Positions 21,135 to 32,281 of a DNA stretch of 64,000 nt are shown here, piece by piece. Numbering within the stretch: position 1 is the stretch's first letter; each line of letters begins with the position of its first letter. The position numbers and the translations under genes are program-made. The stretch comes from an uncultured delta proteobacterium (GTDB taxonomy: Bacteria; Myxococcota; Myxococcia; Myxococcales; Anaeromyxobacteraceae), in the NCBI GenBank assembly GCA_963814585.1, contig CAWFDF010000014.1:416001-480000 (forward strand). The letters run 5' to 3'. Under the pieces are notes generated by a model. That model searched no databases, was not told the origin of the DNA, and worked only from the letters and a program-made list of their open reading frames with translations.

Positions 21135-21734
21135 ATGAACGCTGAGCGAGGTGCCCGAGTGAGCCACGATGACGTCAATTCCAGGGAGCCGGCCCCCGAC
21201 GCCGGGGGCGTTCCCTGCCAGCTCGAGGCCTTCCCCGCCAAGCTCGAGACCGGGGCCCCGAGCCGCGAGGAGCCATGGACATGGTACGTGGTCCGTCGTG
21301 CCCAGGGGTTCCTGCTGCGGCTGCGCCGCGAGCTCGACCGGTTCGGGCCCCGCGGCGGCCCGGCGCCCGCGCCGGAACCGGCCCAGGCCCCGAAGCCGGC
21401 CGAGTCGTGGCCCGCTCCCGATCTCCGGGAAGGAGACCGGGTGCGGGTGCGCCCGGCCGAGTACATCCGCGCCACCCTGGACGACAAGGGCTGCCTGAAG
21501 GGCTGCGGCTTCGGGCTCGGGCAGTACCAGTACTGCGGCAAGGAGTTCCGGGTCATCCGGCGCGTCGACAACTTCTTCGACGAGGCCCGGACGCGGATGC
21601 TCAAGGCCCGCAACATGGTGCTGCTCGACGGCGTCTACTGCGACGGCTCGAGCGTCAAGTGGACCCAGGGATGCCAGCGGATGTGCTTCTACTTCTGGCG
21701 CACCGAGTGGCTCGAGAAGATCGACGGACCGTGA
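21135..21734 (+). CDS. Hypothetical protein with Cys-rich SH3-like domain
   Basis: [21 protein letters not shown]...GCGF...[11 protein letters not shown]...[10 protein letters not shown]...[17 protein letters not shown]; start codon uncertain. Confidence 0.75.
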   Translation: MNAERGARVSHDDVNSREPAPDAGGVPCQLEAFPAKLETGAPSREEPWTWYVVRRAQGFLLRLRRELDRFGPRGGPAPAPEPAQAPKPAESWPAPDLREGDRVRVRPAEYIRATLDDKGCLKGCGFGLGQYQYCGKEFRVIRRVDNFFDEARTRMLKARNMVLLDGVYCDGSSVKWTQGCQRMCFYFWRTEWLEKIDGP

Positions 21735-21771
21735 CCGCCGCGCCGGGCCGGGGTGCCCCGGGCGGCTTCCG

Positions 21772-23346
21772 TCAGTGCCGGAAGTGCCTCATCCCGGTCG
21801 CCACCATGGCGATCCCGGCGGCGTCGGCGGCCGCCACCACCTCGGCGTCGCGCATCGAGCCTCCGGGCTGGATGATGGCGGTGGCTCCCGCCTTGATGAT
21901 CTCCTCGACGCCGTCGGCGAACGGGAAGAAGGCGTCCGAGCCGACGCAGGAGCCGCGCACCGGCAGCTGCGCCTTCATGACCGCGGTCTTCACCGACTCG
22001 ACGCGGCTGGTCTGGCCACCCCCGATGGCCACGGTCCGGTCCTGGCTGGCGAAGACGATGGCGTTCGACTTGACGTGCTTCACCACCTTCCAGGCGAAGA
22101 GCAGGCTCTTCCACTCCGCCTCGGTGGGGGCCCGCCTGGTCATCACCTTGCAGTCCTCGCGCCTCACCGCGCCGAGGTCGCGATCCATCACCAGCAGGCC
22201 GCCGGTGATGGAGCGCAGCTCGCGGGCCTCCTCGGGACGCCGGCGCCAGGAGGTCCGTGGCTGGCCGAGGCGGGGGGCCTCGAGCAGCCGCAGGTTCTTC
22301 TTGGCGGCGAGCAGCGACCGGGCCGCGGCGTCGTAGCCGGGGGCGATGACGCACTCGAGGAAGAGGTCGGTCAGCTCCCTGGCCGCCGCCTCGTCGACCG
22401 GGCGGTTGAGCGCCACGATGCCGCCGAAGGCGCTGACCGGGTCGCAGGCCCGGGCGCGGGTGAAGGCCTCGACCAGCGTGCCGCCCAGCGAGACGCCGCA
22501 GGGGGTGTTGTGCTTGATGATGACGGCGGCGGTCTCGTCGAACTCCTTCAGGTTGGCCAGGGCCGCCTCGAGGTCGAGGAGGTTGTTGTAGGAGAGCTCC
22601 TTGCCCTGGAGGACCGAGGCCCAGGCGACCGTCGGCTCTTCCGGCTCCCGCCCGGCCCGGTAGAAGGCGCCGGCCTGGTGCGGGTTCTCGCCGTAGCGGA
22701 GATCCTGGACCTTGGTGAAGACCGCGCCCAGCGTGCCCGGGAAGTGGAGTGGCGCGGCGTCGCTGGCCGGGCGCGCGGTCAGGTACTCGCTGATGGCGGC
22801 GTCGTAGGCCGCGGTGTGGGCGAAGGCCTTCTTCATCAGGTCGAAGCGGGTGGCGGCGGAGAGGGCCCGGCCGGCCTCGATCTCGGCGGCGACGCGATCG
22901 TAGTCGGCCGGATCGACCACGACGCCGACGTGGGCCGAGTTCTTGGCGGCGCTGCGGACCATGGTCGGGCCACCGATGTCGATCTCCTCGACGCACTCGT
23001 CGAGGGCCTTGCCGGCCGCCACCGCCTCGCGGAACGGGTAGAGGTTGACCACCACCAGGTCGATGGGCGGGATGTCGCGGGCCGTGACGTCGGCCTCGTC
23101 GGAGGCCAGGCCGCGCCGGTAGAGGATGCCGCCGTGGACCCGGGGGTGGAGCGTCTTGACCCGGCCGCCCAGGATCTCGGGGGCCTGGGTGAAGTCGCCC
23201 ACCGCGATGACCGGCACGCCGGCCTCTGCCAGCGCCTTCTGCGTGCCGCCGGTGGAGAGCAGCTCGACGCCGAGGGCGGCGAGGCGCTTCGCGAAGGGGA
23301 CGAGGCCGGTCTTGTCGGAGACCGAGAGCAGCGCGCGACGGACCAT
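21772..23346 (-). CDS. purH: Bifunctional AICAR transformylase / IMP cyclohydrolase
   Basis: [59 protein letters not shown]. Confidence 0.98.
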   Translation of the reverse strand: MVRRALLSVSDKTGLVPFAKRLAALGVELLSTGGTQKALAEAGVPVIAVGDFTQAPEILGGRVKTLHPRVHGGILYRRGLASDEADVTARDIPPIDLVVVNLYPFREAVAAGKALDECVEEIDIGGPTMVRSAAKNSAHVGVVVDPADYDRVAAEIEAGRALSAATRFDLMKKAFAHTAAYDAAISEYLTARPASDAAPLHFPGTLGAVFTKVQDLRYGENPHQAGAFYRAGREPEEPTVAWASVLQGKELSYNNLLDLEAALANLKEFDETAAVIIKHNTPCGVSLGGTLVEAFTRARACDPVSAFGGIVALNRPVDEAAARELTDLFLECVIAPGYDAAARSLLAAKKNLRLLEAPRLGQPRTSWRRRPEEARELRSITGGLLVMDRDLGAVRREDCKVMTRRAPTEAEWKSLLFAWKVVKHVKSNAIVFASQDRTVAIGGGQTSRVESVKTAVMKAQLPVRGSCVGSDAFFPFADGVEEIIKAGATAIIQPGGSMRDAEVVAAADAAGIAMVATGMRHFRH

Positions 23347-23370
23347 GGAGACCTCCAGGGACGGAGGCCT

Positions 23371-23399
23371 CGTTTACCAGCCGGGTGCGGTGGATTCAA
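23371..23399 (-). promoter_or_regulatory. Putative purH promoter
   Basis: TTGAAT-N17-TAAACG with TG extension, followed by GGAGG RBS. Confidence 0.5.
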
Positions 23400-23409
23400 G
23401 GACGGCGCG

Positions 23410-23438
23410 CGGTGCGCCCGCGGCGAGCGGGCGCACCG
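23410..23438 (-). terminator. Hairpin downstream of the sigma4-like gene
   Basis: CGGTGCGCCCGC-ggcga-GCGGGCGCACCG, perfect 12-bp stem; no U-tract. Confidence 0.55.
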
Positions 23439-23456
23439 GCGACGGGAAGGCCGGCT

Positions 23457-23975
<519 letters not shown>

Positions 23976-24024
23976 CCCCGACCCCTCCCGTCCACCACCG
24001 TTGCGCCGCGAGCGGCGCCCCCTG

Positions 24025-24564
24025 TCACCTGCCGACGGGCGCGGCCCCCGCGCCCGGGCCGCGTGATCCGGCGGCCCCTGCCGCCCCGATCGTCGCGACC
24101 GCACCTCCCACCCTCTCCAGCCTCCGAAACACCGCGCGCGCCTCGCGCTCGGCCCGCTCCAGCTCCGCCTCGAACTGGCGCTTGCGTGGGTGCGCCCGCG
24201 CCTTGACGGCGATCGACGCCACCAGCTCGGCCAGTCCCTGCTCGACGTCCTCGATCCGGTTGCGCACGGTCACGAAGCTGCCGCGGATGTCGTCGACCGT
24301 GTAGCCCTCGGCCATCATCCGCTTGATGAGCGCGATGCGCCGCACCACGGCCACCGGGTAGAGCCCGGTCGACCCGGCGTGCTTGCCCTTGCGACCCACC
24401 CGCCGGCTGCGGGGCAGGAGACCGAGCTGGACGTACTTCCGGAAGGTCGACGCCGAGAGGCGCGCCCCTCGGGCCTCGAAGAGCCGGACCACCTCGCCGC
24501 TGGTGATCCCGCCCGAGCGCTCCCGCTCCAGCCTGCCCATCTCGTCGTCGCTCAGGATTTCCAT
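24025..24564 (-). CDS. MerR-like HTH regulator
   Basis: [10 protein letters not shown]...[32 protein letters not shown]...[18 protein letters not shown], then coiled coil; alternative start at 24573. Confidence 0.85.
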   Translation of the reverse strand: MEILSDDEMGRLERERSGGITSGEVVRLFEARGARLSASTFRKYVQLGLLPRSRRVGRKGKHAGSTGLYPVAVVRRIALIKRMMAEGYTVDDIRGSFVTVRNRIEDVEQGLAELVASIAVKARAHPRKRQFEAELERAEREARAVFRRLERVGGAVATIGAAGAAGSRGPGAGAAPVGR

Positions 24565-24607
24565 TCGATCCATCGATCCAGAATCCAATCTAGAAAACTT
24601 GATTTCG

Positions 24608-24636
24608 AAGGTAGTCGATTCAGTGGAGTTCGTCAA
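24608..24636 (-). promoter_or_regulatory. sigma70-type promoter of the MerR-like/sigma4 operon
   Basis: TTGACG-N17-TACCTT in a locally AT-rich stretch. Confidence 0.7.
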
Positions 24637-24833
24637 CGTGTCCGTGAGTGGCGCGGCCCGGGGGCCTCGACGGACGTGCCGTGATGAGGGGACGGCCGGG
24701 CGCCCGCCCGCGTCGGCCTCGACGCGGTGCTCCAGCCAGGGGGGCGCCGCGAGCGGCCCGGCGCCGACGGGGCGCCTCGCCGCCTGCCGCCGGAGCGGTG
24801 TGAGGGAGGCCCGGCGAGGAGGAGGGGCGGTGG

Positions 24834-26261
24834 CTAGCGCTGCAGCGCCGGCCGCCAGAGCTGGCGACGCCCCGGCTCGACGGCCAGCTCGAGCTCGGCG
24901 GTGCCCAGCCCGGGGTGCTCGGCGCTCAGCCGGTGGGTGCCGGCCGGCAGCCGCAGCTCCTGGGGCGTCTCGCCGACGGTGGCGCCGTCGACCCTCACCA
25001 CCGCCCAGGGGATGACATGGACCCGGACCACGCCCAGGCCCTGCCCGGCCGCCTCCGCGTCGAAGCCGCCCAGGGACCAGAGACCGGGGCCGAGGCTGGC
25101 TGGCTGGGCTGGTGCCGCCAGCGCTGGCGGCGGCGCGGCGGCGCCTCCCTGGCGCACGGCCAGCCGATGCCAGCCCCACCCCGCGACCAGGGCGGCGACG
25201 GCCAGCAGCGAGCCGATCACCCGCCTCCGCAGGCGAGCGGGCGCCAGCGCGGTCACCGTGGCCGGGTCCGGCGGATCGCCGGCCGGCGGCACCGGCCACG
25301 GCGAGGCCCGCCGCGCCGTCGGCTCCGCCGCCAGTCCAGGGAGGTCGCCGTCGGGCCAGAGCCGCTGCATCAGCCCGCGCAGGTCCTGCTCCTCGTGGCC
25401 CCGGGCCAGCTCCAGCCACTGCGTCGCCAGCGCCGCGCGCAGCGCCTCGGCCGAGGTGGTCCTTCGTTCCGGATCGCGCGCCAGCGCCGAGAGGATGACC
25501 TCGTCCAGGGCGCGTGGCACCGCCTCGTTCCACGCCGACGGCGGCCCCACCGGCGGTGCGTCCAGCACCGCCGCCAGCGTGGCGGCCTCGGTCTCGCGCG
25601 CGAAGAGCCGCCGCCCGGCGCACAGCTCCCAGAGCACCACGCCGAGCGCGAAGACGTCGGCGCGGCCGTCGACCGGATCGCCGCGCGCCTGCTCCGGCGC
25701 CATGTAGGCCAGCTTGCCCTTCAGGGTGCCGGGAGCGGTCAGATCCAGGCGGCTGGTCGCCCGGGCGATGCCGAAGTCGGCCAGCTTCACCTCGCCCTCG
25801 TAGGAGAGGAGGATGTTGTGGGGCGAGACGTCGCGGTGCACCAGGCCGACGCGCTGGCCGTCGACGGTGAGCCGGTGGGCGTAAGCGAGCGCCTTGGCCA
25901 CCTCCACGCCGACCAGGACGGAGCGCGCCAGCCCGGGCCGGACGCCCAGTTCCCGGCAGCGCTCCATCACCCGGCCGAGGTCACGGCCGCGCACCAGCTC
26001 CATGACCAGCCCGAAGCGGCCCCCCGCCTCCACCAGCTCGAACAGCTGCACCACGTTGGCGTGGTGCAACCGCGCCACCAGCCGAGCCTCCTCCACCAGC
26101 ATCCGGGCGAACTCCCCGGCGGCATCCGGCGCGCCCCGCACCAGCTTGAGGGCCACCTCGGTGCGGACCCCGGCCGGCCCGTCCACCTCGGCCCTCCAGA
26201 TCTCGGCCATCCCACCCGACGCGAGCGGCGCGATGATCCGGTACCTGCCGAAGCTCTCCAC
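24834..26261 (-). CDS. Membrane Ser/Thr protein kinase with C-terminal PEGA domain
   Basis: LASGGMAEIW, ALK, HRDVSPHN, DFGIA, YMAPEQ, TM helix, PWAVVRVDGATVGETP. Confidence 0.93.
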   Translation of the reverse strand: MESFGRYRIIAPLASGGMAEIWRAEVDGPAGVRTEVALKLVRGAPDAAGEFARMLVEEARLVARLHHANVVQLFELVEAGGRFGLVMELVRGRDLGRVMERCRELGVRPGLARSVLVGVEVAKALAYAHRLTVDGQRVGLVHRDVSPHNILLSYEGEVKLADFGIARATSRLDLTAPGTLKGKLAYMAPEQARGDPVDGRADVFALGVVLWELCAGRRLFARETEAATLAAVLDAPPVGPPSAWNEAVPRALDEVILSALARDPERRTTSAEALRAALATQWLELARGHEEQDLRGLMQRLWPDGDLPGLAAEPTARRASPWPVPPAGDPPDPATVTALAPARLRRRVIGSLLAVAALVAGWGWHRLAVRQGGAAAPPPALAAPAQPASLGPGLWSLGGFDAEAAGQGLGVVRVHVIPWAVVRVDGATVGETPQELRLPAGTHRLSAEHPGLGTAELELAVEPGRRQLWRPALQR

Positions 26262-26319
26262 GGTGGGTCGAGTGTACCGCTCCCGGGCGCCCCGTGGGCG
26301 GGCGTGTTATCGAGGAGCG

Positions 26320-26436
26320 GTGACCGCCGCCCCGCTGGCCCCCTGCCTGGCCGCCGCCGATGACCGCCTCGCCGCCCTCGACCGGGTCCTCGCGTCGCCC
26401 CGGCAGGTGGCGCCCCCGCGGGAGGACGGCCCGTGA
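26320..26436 (+). CDS. Possible 38-aa small ORF
   Basis: GAGGAG RBS, GTG start, GTGA overlap with the next gene; no recognisable motif. Confidence 0.35.
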   Translation: MTAAPLAPCLAAADDRLAALDRVLASPRQVAPPREDGP

Positions 26437-26924
26437 GCGCGCTGCGGTGGCCGACGCTGGCCGAGCTGCTGCTGCGCCCTCGCCGCGAGGCGCTGGCAGC
26501 CTTCACCGCCCGCGGCTGGCGCGCCTGGTCGGACCCGCTGTCGCTCGACGCCGAGCGGCGCCGCCTGCTCAACGTCGACCTCTCCGAGCCGGACGTCGCC
26601 TTCACCGCGGCCGACCTGGTGCTGGCGGTGGCCCGTGTCGAGGCCGACCTGGCTGGCCTGGTGACCCTGGTCGAGCTGGTGGCGGCCGAGCCGGCCCGGC
26701 CGGCCCAGGTGGCGGCCCAGCTCCTCGCCACGACCCCCGGTGAGCCCCGCACCGGCGGCGACGCGGCGGCGCGCGAGTGGGTCTGGGGACCCGAGTCGGG
26801 CTCGGCGGCCACCGTGGGCGGCGAGCCGGTCAGGCTCTGGATCTGCGCCGAGCAGGCCTACGGTGATCGGCTCTGGCTGACCGCCTCGGTGGTGCGGCGC
26901 CCGAGCGATCCCGAGGAGGACTGA
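26433..26924 (+). CDS. Hypothetical protein
   Basis: GGAGG RBS, typical codon usage, fills the gap between flanking genes. Confidence 0.65.
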   Translation: MSALRWPTLAELLLRPRREALAAFTARGWRAWSDPLSLDAERRRLLNVDLSEPDVAFTAADLVLAVARVEADLAGLVTLVELVAAEPARPAQVAAQLLATTPGEPRTGGDAAAREWVWGPESGSAATVGGEPVRLWICAEQAYGDRLWLTASVVRRPSDPEED

Positions 26925-26925
26925 C

Positions 26926-27858
26926 TCACCCTCCTGGAGCCCACCCGGCCGCGCCCGCCAGCTCCAGCAGGAGCGGCGCCACGCCGGTGAGATCGCGCAC
27001 CGACTCCACCCTCGCGGCGGCGGGACCGAAGCCCAGCACCGGCACGCGGGCCAGGGTGTGGTTGCGCGTGGAGAGGTCCTCCAGGTTGCCGTGGTCGCTC
27101 GTCACCACCAGCGAGTCCCCGGGCCGCAGCCCCGCCACCAGCGCCCGCAGGAAGCGGTCGAGGCGGTCGAGCGCGTCGAGGGCGCGCGGCATGGAGCGGG
27201 CGTGGCCCGCCTCGTCGGTCTCGAAGAACTCGAAGGCGGCGACGTCGGCTCCGGCGGCGACGCTGGCGAAGATCCAGGCCGCCTCCTCCGGCGTCCGGCG
27301 CGGCAGCCGCAGGCCCAGCTCCTCGGCCCGCCGCGCGGTCAGGTCGTGGGTGAGACCTCGCCCGGCGCGGGCGTCGTCGAAGGTCCGGAAGCTGCCGCCG
27401 CCCGCGGCGAAGGCCACGGTGGTGGCCGAGGCGCGGACCCGGCGAGGGATGTCGAATTCCGGCTCGCCCTCGACGGGGAAGCCCAGCGCGCGCAGGTACG
27501 CCACCGGGTAGGCGTTGGCGAAGACGGCGCGCCGGCCGGCCTCGGCCAGCCGCCGGTAGACGGAGCGCCGCTCCAGCAGCGCCCGGAGCCGAGGGTTGGG
27601 GAAGCCGAGCAGGTGCTTGCCGAGGAGCGCCGGGGCGTTCTCGCCGGTGAGGATGGTGGCCTGCCCGGTCGCCGACTGCGGCCGCCCTTCCACGCCGAGC
27701 CGGGCGTCGGCCAGACCGGCCCGGCCTCCCGCCGGGAGCGCCGTGCCGCTCCCGTCCTCGAAGCGCGAGAGCAGGAAGGGGGCCCGGGCGAGCGGGTTCA
27801 CGGCCGGGTCGGGCCTCCCCGCGCCCACGCCGTCGACGAAGACGAAGAGGAGCGACAC
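26926..27858 (-). CDS. Alkaline-phosphatase-superfamily metalloenzyme (cofactor-independent phosphoglycerate mutase-like)
   Basis: FVDGVG, PQSATGQ, TDEAGH, VTSDHGN...H metal ligands. Confidence 0.85.
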   Translation of the reverse strand: MSLLFVFVDGVGAGRPDPAVNPLARAPFLLSRFEDGSGTALPAGGRAGLADARLGVEGRPQSATGQATILTGENAPALLGKHLLGFPNPRLRALLERRSVYRRLAEAGRRAVFANAYPVAYLRALGFPVEGEPEFDIPRRVRASATTVAFAAGGGSFRTFDDARAGRGLTHDLTARRAEELGLRLPRRTPEEAAWIFASVAAGADVAAFEFFETDEAGHARSMPRALDALDRLDRFLRALVAGLRPGDSLVVTSDHGNLEDLSTRNHTLARVPVLGFGPAAARVESVRDLTGVAPLLLELAGAAGWAPGG

Positions 27859-27970
27859 GACGGGATGATAATCGCCCGCGCCGGCCGCGCCGCCCCGGCT
27901 TTCCTTCGCCGCCCGGCCGGACCGGCGCTATTCTCCCGCCGCCCATCGCCCGCCCCGCCCGAGAGCCACG

Positions 27971-29259
27971 ATGCCCCGCCTCCCCGACACCCGCTTCGAC
28001 GCCGACTGCACCATCCTGGTCGACGGCCGCGCGGTCGCCGCCCGCGCCGGCGAGCCCATCGCCACGGCGCTCCTCTCCGCTGGCCGCCCGCTGCTGGCCC
28101 GCAGCCACAAGTACCACCGGCCGCGCGGCCCCTTCTGCCTGGCCGGCAGCTGCCATTCCTGCCTGGTGCGCGTCGACGGCCAGCCCAACGTCCGCGCCTG
28201 CCGGGCGCCCTGCGCCGAGGGGCTGGTGGTGGAGACCCAGCACGCCTTCCCGGACGCCGCCCACGACCTGCTCGCGGTCATCGACCTGGCCACCCCGGGC
28301 GGCCTCGACCACCACCACCTGGGCACCTCCAGCCTGACGCTCAACCGGGCGGTGGTCGCCTTCTCCCGGCGGCTGGCCGGTCTCGGCAAGCTCCCCGACC
28401 GGCCCCTCCCCTCGCCGGCGACGCCGGTGGAGGAGCGGTTCGACGCGCTGGTGATCGGGGCCGGGCCCGCCGGCCTCTCGGCCGCCGAGGCGCTGGCCGA
28501 GGCCGGTCGGCGGGTCCTGCTGGCCGACTCGGAGCCACGGGCCGGAGGGCGCCTGCGCTGCCACTACCGGCTTCCCGGCGAACCGCAGCTGTCGCTGGCG
28601 GGCCAGGCCGAGGCCCGGGTGGCGGCGGCAGGTGGCGAGGTGGCGCTCGACGCCCCGGTGCTCGGCCTCTGGCTCGACGGGGGATCGGTGCTGGCGCTCC
28701 TGCACCGGCGCGGCGATCCGCCCCGGCTGCGGCTGGTGCGCCCGGGGCGCGTCCTGCTCTGCGCCGGCGGCACGGCGGTGCCGGCCGGGATCGAGGACGG
28801 CGACCGGCCCGGCGTGCTCTGGGGACGCGGCCTGGCGGTGGCGCTGGCCGAGCACGGCACGGTGCCAGGTCGGCGCGCCGCCGTGCTGGGCCCGGAGAGG
28901 AGGCCGGCGCGCTCTCGGAACGGCTGGAGGAGGCCGGCATGGCGGTGACGCGCCTGGCGGAGGCGCGCCGGGTGCTCGGCCGGGCCCGGGTGCGCGCCGT
29001 CACCGACGGGAGCGGTGGCGCGATCCCGTGCGACACCGTCGCGGTGGTCCAGCCGCCGGCCCCGGCCACCGATCTGGCCCGCCTGCTGGGCGCGCCGGTG
29101 GTCTTCGACCGCTCGGCCGAGGCCTTCGCCGTCATCGCCGACGCTCGCGGCCGCACCGCGGTGCCAGGCCTGTTCGCGGCGGGCGAGGTGACCGGCGCCA
29201 TGGACGCCGTCCGGGCGGCCGAGGCCGGGCGCCGGGCCGGGGAGTCCGCCCGTGGGTAA
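27971..29259 (+). CDS. [2Fe-2S]/FAD oxidoreductase alpha-type subunit (sarcosine oxidase / proline dehydrogenase alpha-like); -1 frameshift near 28895
   Basis: [36 protein letters not shown], then [10 protein letters not shown] in a shifted frame. Confidence 0.85.
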
Positions 29260-30737
29260 GACGCTGCTGTGTGGCTGCGAGGACGTCTCCCTCGACGAGG
29301 TGGACCGCGCCTTCGCGGCTGGCCACCGCGACATGGAGTCCGTGAAGCGCTACACCGGCTTCGGCACCGGGCCGTGCCAGGGGAAGAGCTGCCTGGCGCT
29401 GGTGGCCCGCGAGCTGCTCAGGCTGGGCGCCACCCCGGGCGAGATCGCGCCGTTCACCGCCCGTCCGCCGCGGGAACCGACCACGCTGGCCGCGCTGGCG
29501 GCGCTCGACCCGGCCACCCTGCCGGTCGGCGCGCGAGGGGATCCCGCCCGACGCCCCGCCACGCCCACCCGGCCCCGACGCCCTGCAGCCGCTGCCGGAC
29601 CGGGCCGAGGTCGTGATCATCGGCGGTGGCATCCTGGGGCTCTCGCTCGCCTACGAGCTGGCCCGGCGCGGGCGGCGCGACGTGCTGGTCCTCGACCAGG
29701 CCTACCTGAACGCCGGCGCCTCGGGGCGCAACGGCGGCGGGGTGCGGGCCCAGTGGTCGACGCCCGACATGGTGGAGCTGGCGCTCCGCTCCCTGGCGCT
29801 GTGCCGCCGCTTCGCCGTCGACCTCGGCATCAACGTCTGGTTCCGCCCCGGGGGCTACCTGTTCCTCGCCCCCGACGTCGCGCAGGTGGCCCGCCTGGAG
29901 CGCAACGCCGCGCTCCACGCCCGGCACGGGATGCGCACGCAGCTGCTCTCGCCGATCGAGGCGCTCGACGTGGTCCCCCACCTCGACCCGTCCCGCTACG
30001 TGGCCGCTTCCTGGAATCCCGACGACGGCGTGGTGTTCCCCTGGCCGTTCCTGTGGGGCTACGCGACCCAGGCCGAGGCCCTGGGGGTGCGGGTCCGCAC
30101 CTTCGCGCGCGTCACCGGCCTGCGGCACGCCGGCGCCCGGCTCACCCACGTGGAGACCAGCCGCGGCGTGGTGGCCTGCGACCTGGTGGTGAACGCGGCC
30201 GGGGCCTGGTCCAGGCAGGTGGCCGCGCTGGCCGGCGTGGTCACCCCCAACCGGCCGATCCGCCACGAGATCCTGGTGGGCGAGCCGCTCGAACCCTTCC
30301 TCGATCCGCTGGTCTCGCTGCTGGGCTCCGGCCTCTACTTCTCGCAGTCGCAGCGCGGCGAGCTGGTGGGCGGCATGGGCGATCCCGGCGAGCCCGAGGG
30401 GATCGCGCTCGGCTCCACCCTCCGCTTCCTGGCCCGCTTCGCCCGGGCCTCGACGCAGCTCATGCCCCGGCTCGGCGGCGTCAAGGTGGTCCGCCAGTGG
30501 GCCGGCTGCTACGACGTCACGCCCGACAACAACCCCATCCTCGGGCCGGCCGGGTTCGCCAACTTCCACCAGCTCCACGGCTTCGTCGGACACGGCTTCA
30601 TGATGGCCCCGGCCATGGCCGAGCGGTACGCCGACTGGCTTCTCGGCCGCGGCCGGCACGAGCTCTTCGACCGCTTCTCGCTGGACCGCTTCGCCGGCCC
30701 GGGTGGCGCCGTGCGCGAGGACTTCATCATCGGGTAG
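29252..30737 (+). CDS. BFD-like [2Fe-2S] domain fused to a DAO-family FAD oxidoreductase (beta-type subunit); frameshift near 29530-29590
   Basis: LCGCEDV...[16 protein letters not shown], then [34 protein letters not shown]; no stop in the BFD frame. Confidence 0.82.
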
Positions 30738-30746
30738 AGTGCCGGC

Positions 30747-31577
30747 ATGCCACTCGGAAAGACCATCGCCTTCCTCGGCTCCGGCAACATGGCGGAGGCC
30801 CTCGTGAAGGGGCTGCTCCGCGCCCACGTCGCCGCCCCCAGCGAGATCATCTGCACCGACCGCCGCGCCGAGCGCGGGCCGGAGCTGACCCACAAGTACG
30901 GCGTCCGCTTCCAGAAGGACAACCTCGCCGCCACCGGCGAGGCGTCCATCGTGGTGCTCTCGGTCAAGCCACAGGCCATGAACAAGCTGCTGGAGGAGAT
31001 CAAGCCGGCGCTCGACCAGTCGAAGCTGGTCATCTCCATCGCCGCCGGCGTGCCCATCGAGGCCATCGAGCGCAAGGTGGGGCACGGCGTCCGGATCATC
31101 CGCACCATGCCCAACACGCCGGCCCTGGTGGGCGCCGGCGCCACGGCCCTGGCCCCCGGCGAGCACGCCACCGAGGAGGACCTGGCACAGGCCCGCGCCC
31201 TCTTCGAGGCCGTGGGCTTGGCGGTGGTGGTGGAGGAGCCCCTGCTCGACGCCGTCACCGGCCTCTCGGGCTCGGGGCCGGCCTACATCTTCCTGATCAT
31301 CGAGGCGCTGGCCGACGGTGGCGTCAAGGCCGGGCTGGCCCGGGACCAGGCCCAGGAGCTGGCGGCCCAGACCGTGCTCGGCTCGGCCAAGCTCCTCATC
31401 GAGACCGGCGAGCACCCGGGGCGGCTCAAGGACCAGGTGACCAGCCCGGGTGGCACCGCCATCGCCGGACTCCACACCCTCGAGGCCGGCGGGCTGCGCA
31501 CCACCCTGATGGACGCGGTCGAGGCGGCGACCAACCGCTCCCGCGAGCTGGGCAGGAAGTTCCTGGAGAAGGAGTGA
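30747..31577 (+). CDS. proC: Pyrroline-5-carboxylate reductase
   Basis: [41 protein letters not shown]. Confidence 0.97.
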   Translation: MPLGKTIAFLGSGNMAEALVKGLLRAHVAAPSEIICTDRRAERGPELTHKYGVRFQKDNLAATGEASIVVLSVKPQAMNKLLEEIKPALDQSKLVISIAAGVPIEAIERKVGHGVRIIRTMPNTPALVGAGATALAPGEHATEEDLAQARALFEAVGLAVVVEEPLLDAVTGLSGSGPAYIFLIIEALADGGVKAGLARDQAQELAAQTVLGSAKLLIETGEHPGRLKDQVTSPGGTAIAGLHTLEAGGLRTTLMDAVEAATNRSRELGRKFLEKE

Positions 31578-32281
31578 CCGCGCGCCGACGCCTCGCCCCG
31601 CTGGCCGCCCTGGGCATCGCCGCGGTCGCGGCCGGCTGTGCCCCGCTCTCGGTCGTGCCGGACGCCGAGCGGGAGCGGACCCACGCCGCGCTCGACGGCC
31701 AGGCCCGCTGGCTGCGCGTGGCGGTCTCCGTCTCGCCGCTCTTCGGCGACCGCGGCAAGCTGCTGCTGCTCGACGCCCCCACCGCCGAGGTGGACCTGCT
31801 GCGCGCCACCGACGGCACCGTCATCCCACCGCCGGCCCCCGAGCGGATCCTGCCTCCCGGCACGCCGGTCCGCATCGACCGGGTGGAGTTCCCCACCGGC
31901 ATGACCATCGCCGGCCGTGCCGTGATGTCGCCGCGCTACCACCCATGGGTCTACGTGAGGATCGCCGGCGAGGAGCGCCCGTACGTGGTGGTGCTCTCGC
32001 ACGCCAGCGTCGCCGCCGACGCCCTCGTCGCCGAGCTCGACCGGATGCTGACCCGGGACGACCCGTCGCGCACGCTGGCGGCGCTGCCGCCCGAGCAGCG
32101 CGACGCCATCGGGCGGCGGGAGCTGGTCGACGGGATGGGCGCCCGGGCCGTGGAGATGGCCTGGGGCCTCCCCGAGAAGATCAGGATCGACCGGCCGGCC
32201 TCGACCGAGGAGTGGACCTGGCCGGCCGGGAAGCGTCGAGCCTGGTTCCAGGACGAGAAGCTGCTTCGCTGGGAGCGCTGA
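31574..32281 (+). CDS. Hypothetical lipoprotein
   Basis: GTGA overlap with proC; lipobox VAAGC; C-terminal GM...V..AWGLP...EEWTW (BamE/SmpA-like pattern). Confidence 0.75.
   Translation: MTARRRLAPLAALGIAAVAAGCAPLSVVPDAERERTHAALDGQARWLRVAVSVSPLFGDRGKLLLLDAPTAEVDLLRATDGTVIPPPAPERILPPGTPVRIDRVEFPTGMTIAGRAVMSPRYHPWVYVRIAGEERPYVVVLSHASVAADALVAELDRMLTRDDPSRTLAALPPEQRDAIGRRELVDGMGARAVEMAWGLPEKIRIDRPASTEEWTWPAGKRRAWFQDEKLLRWER

Noticed and set aside
23347..23456. ZTP (pfl) riboswitch upstream of purH
   Set aside because: I could not find the conserved ZTP aptamer motifs; the region is explained by a hairpin, a promoter and an RBS
29252..32281. 1009-aa ORF from the BFD domain to the lipoprotein
   Set aside because: Off-frame read-through across the DAO and proC genes
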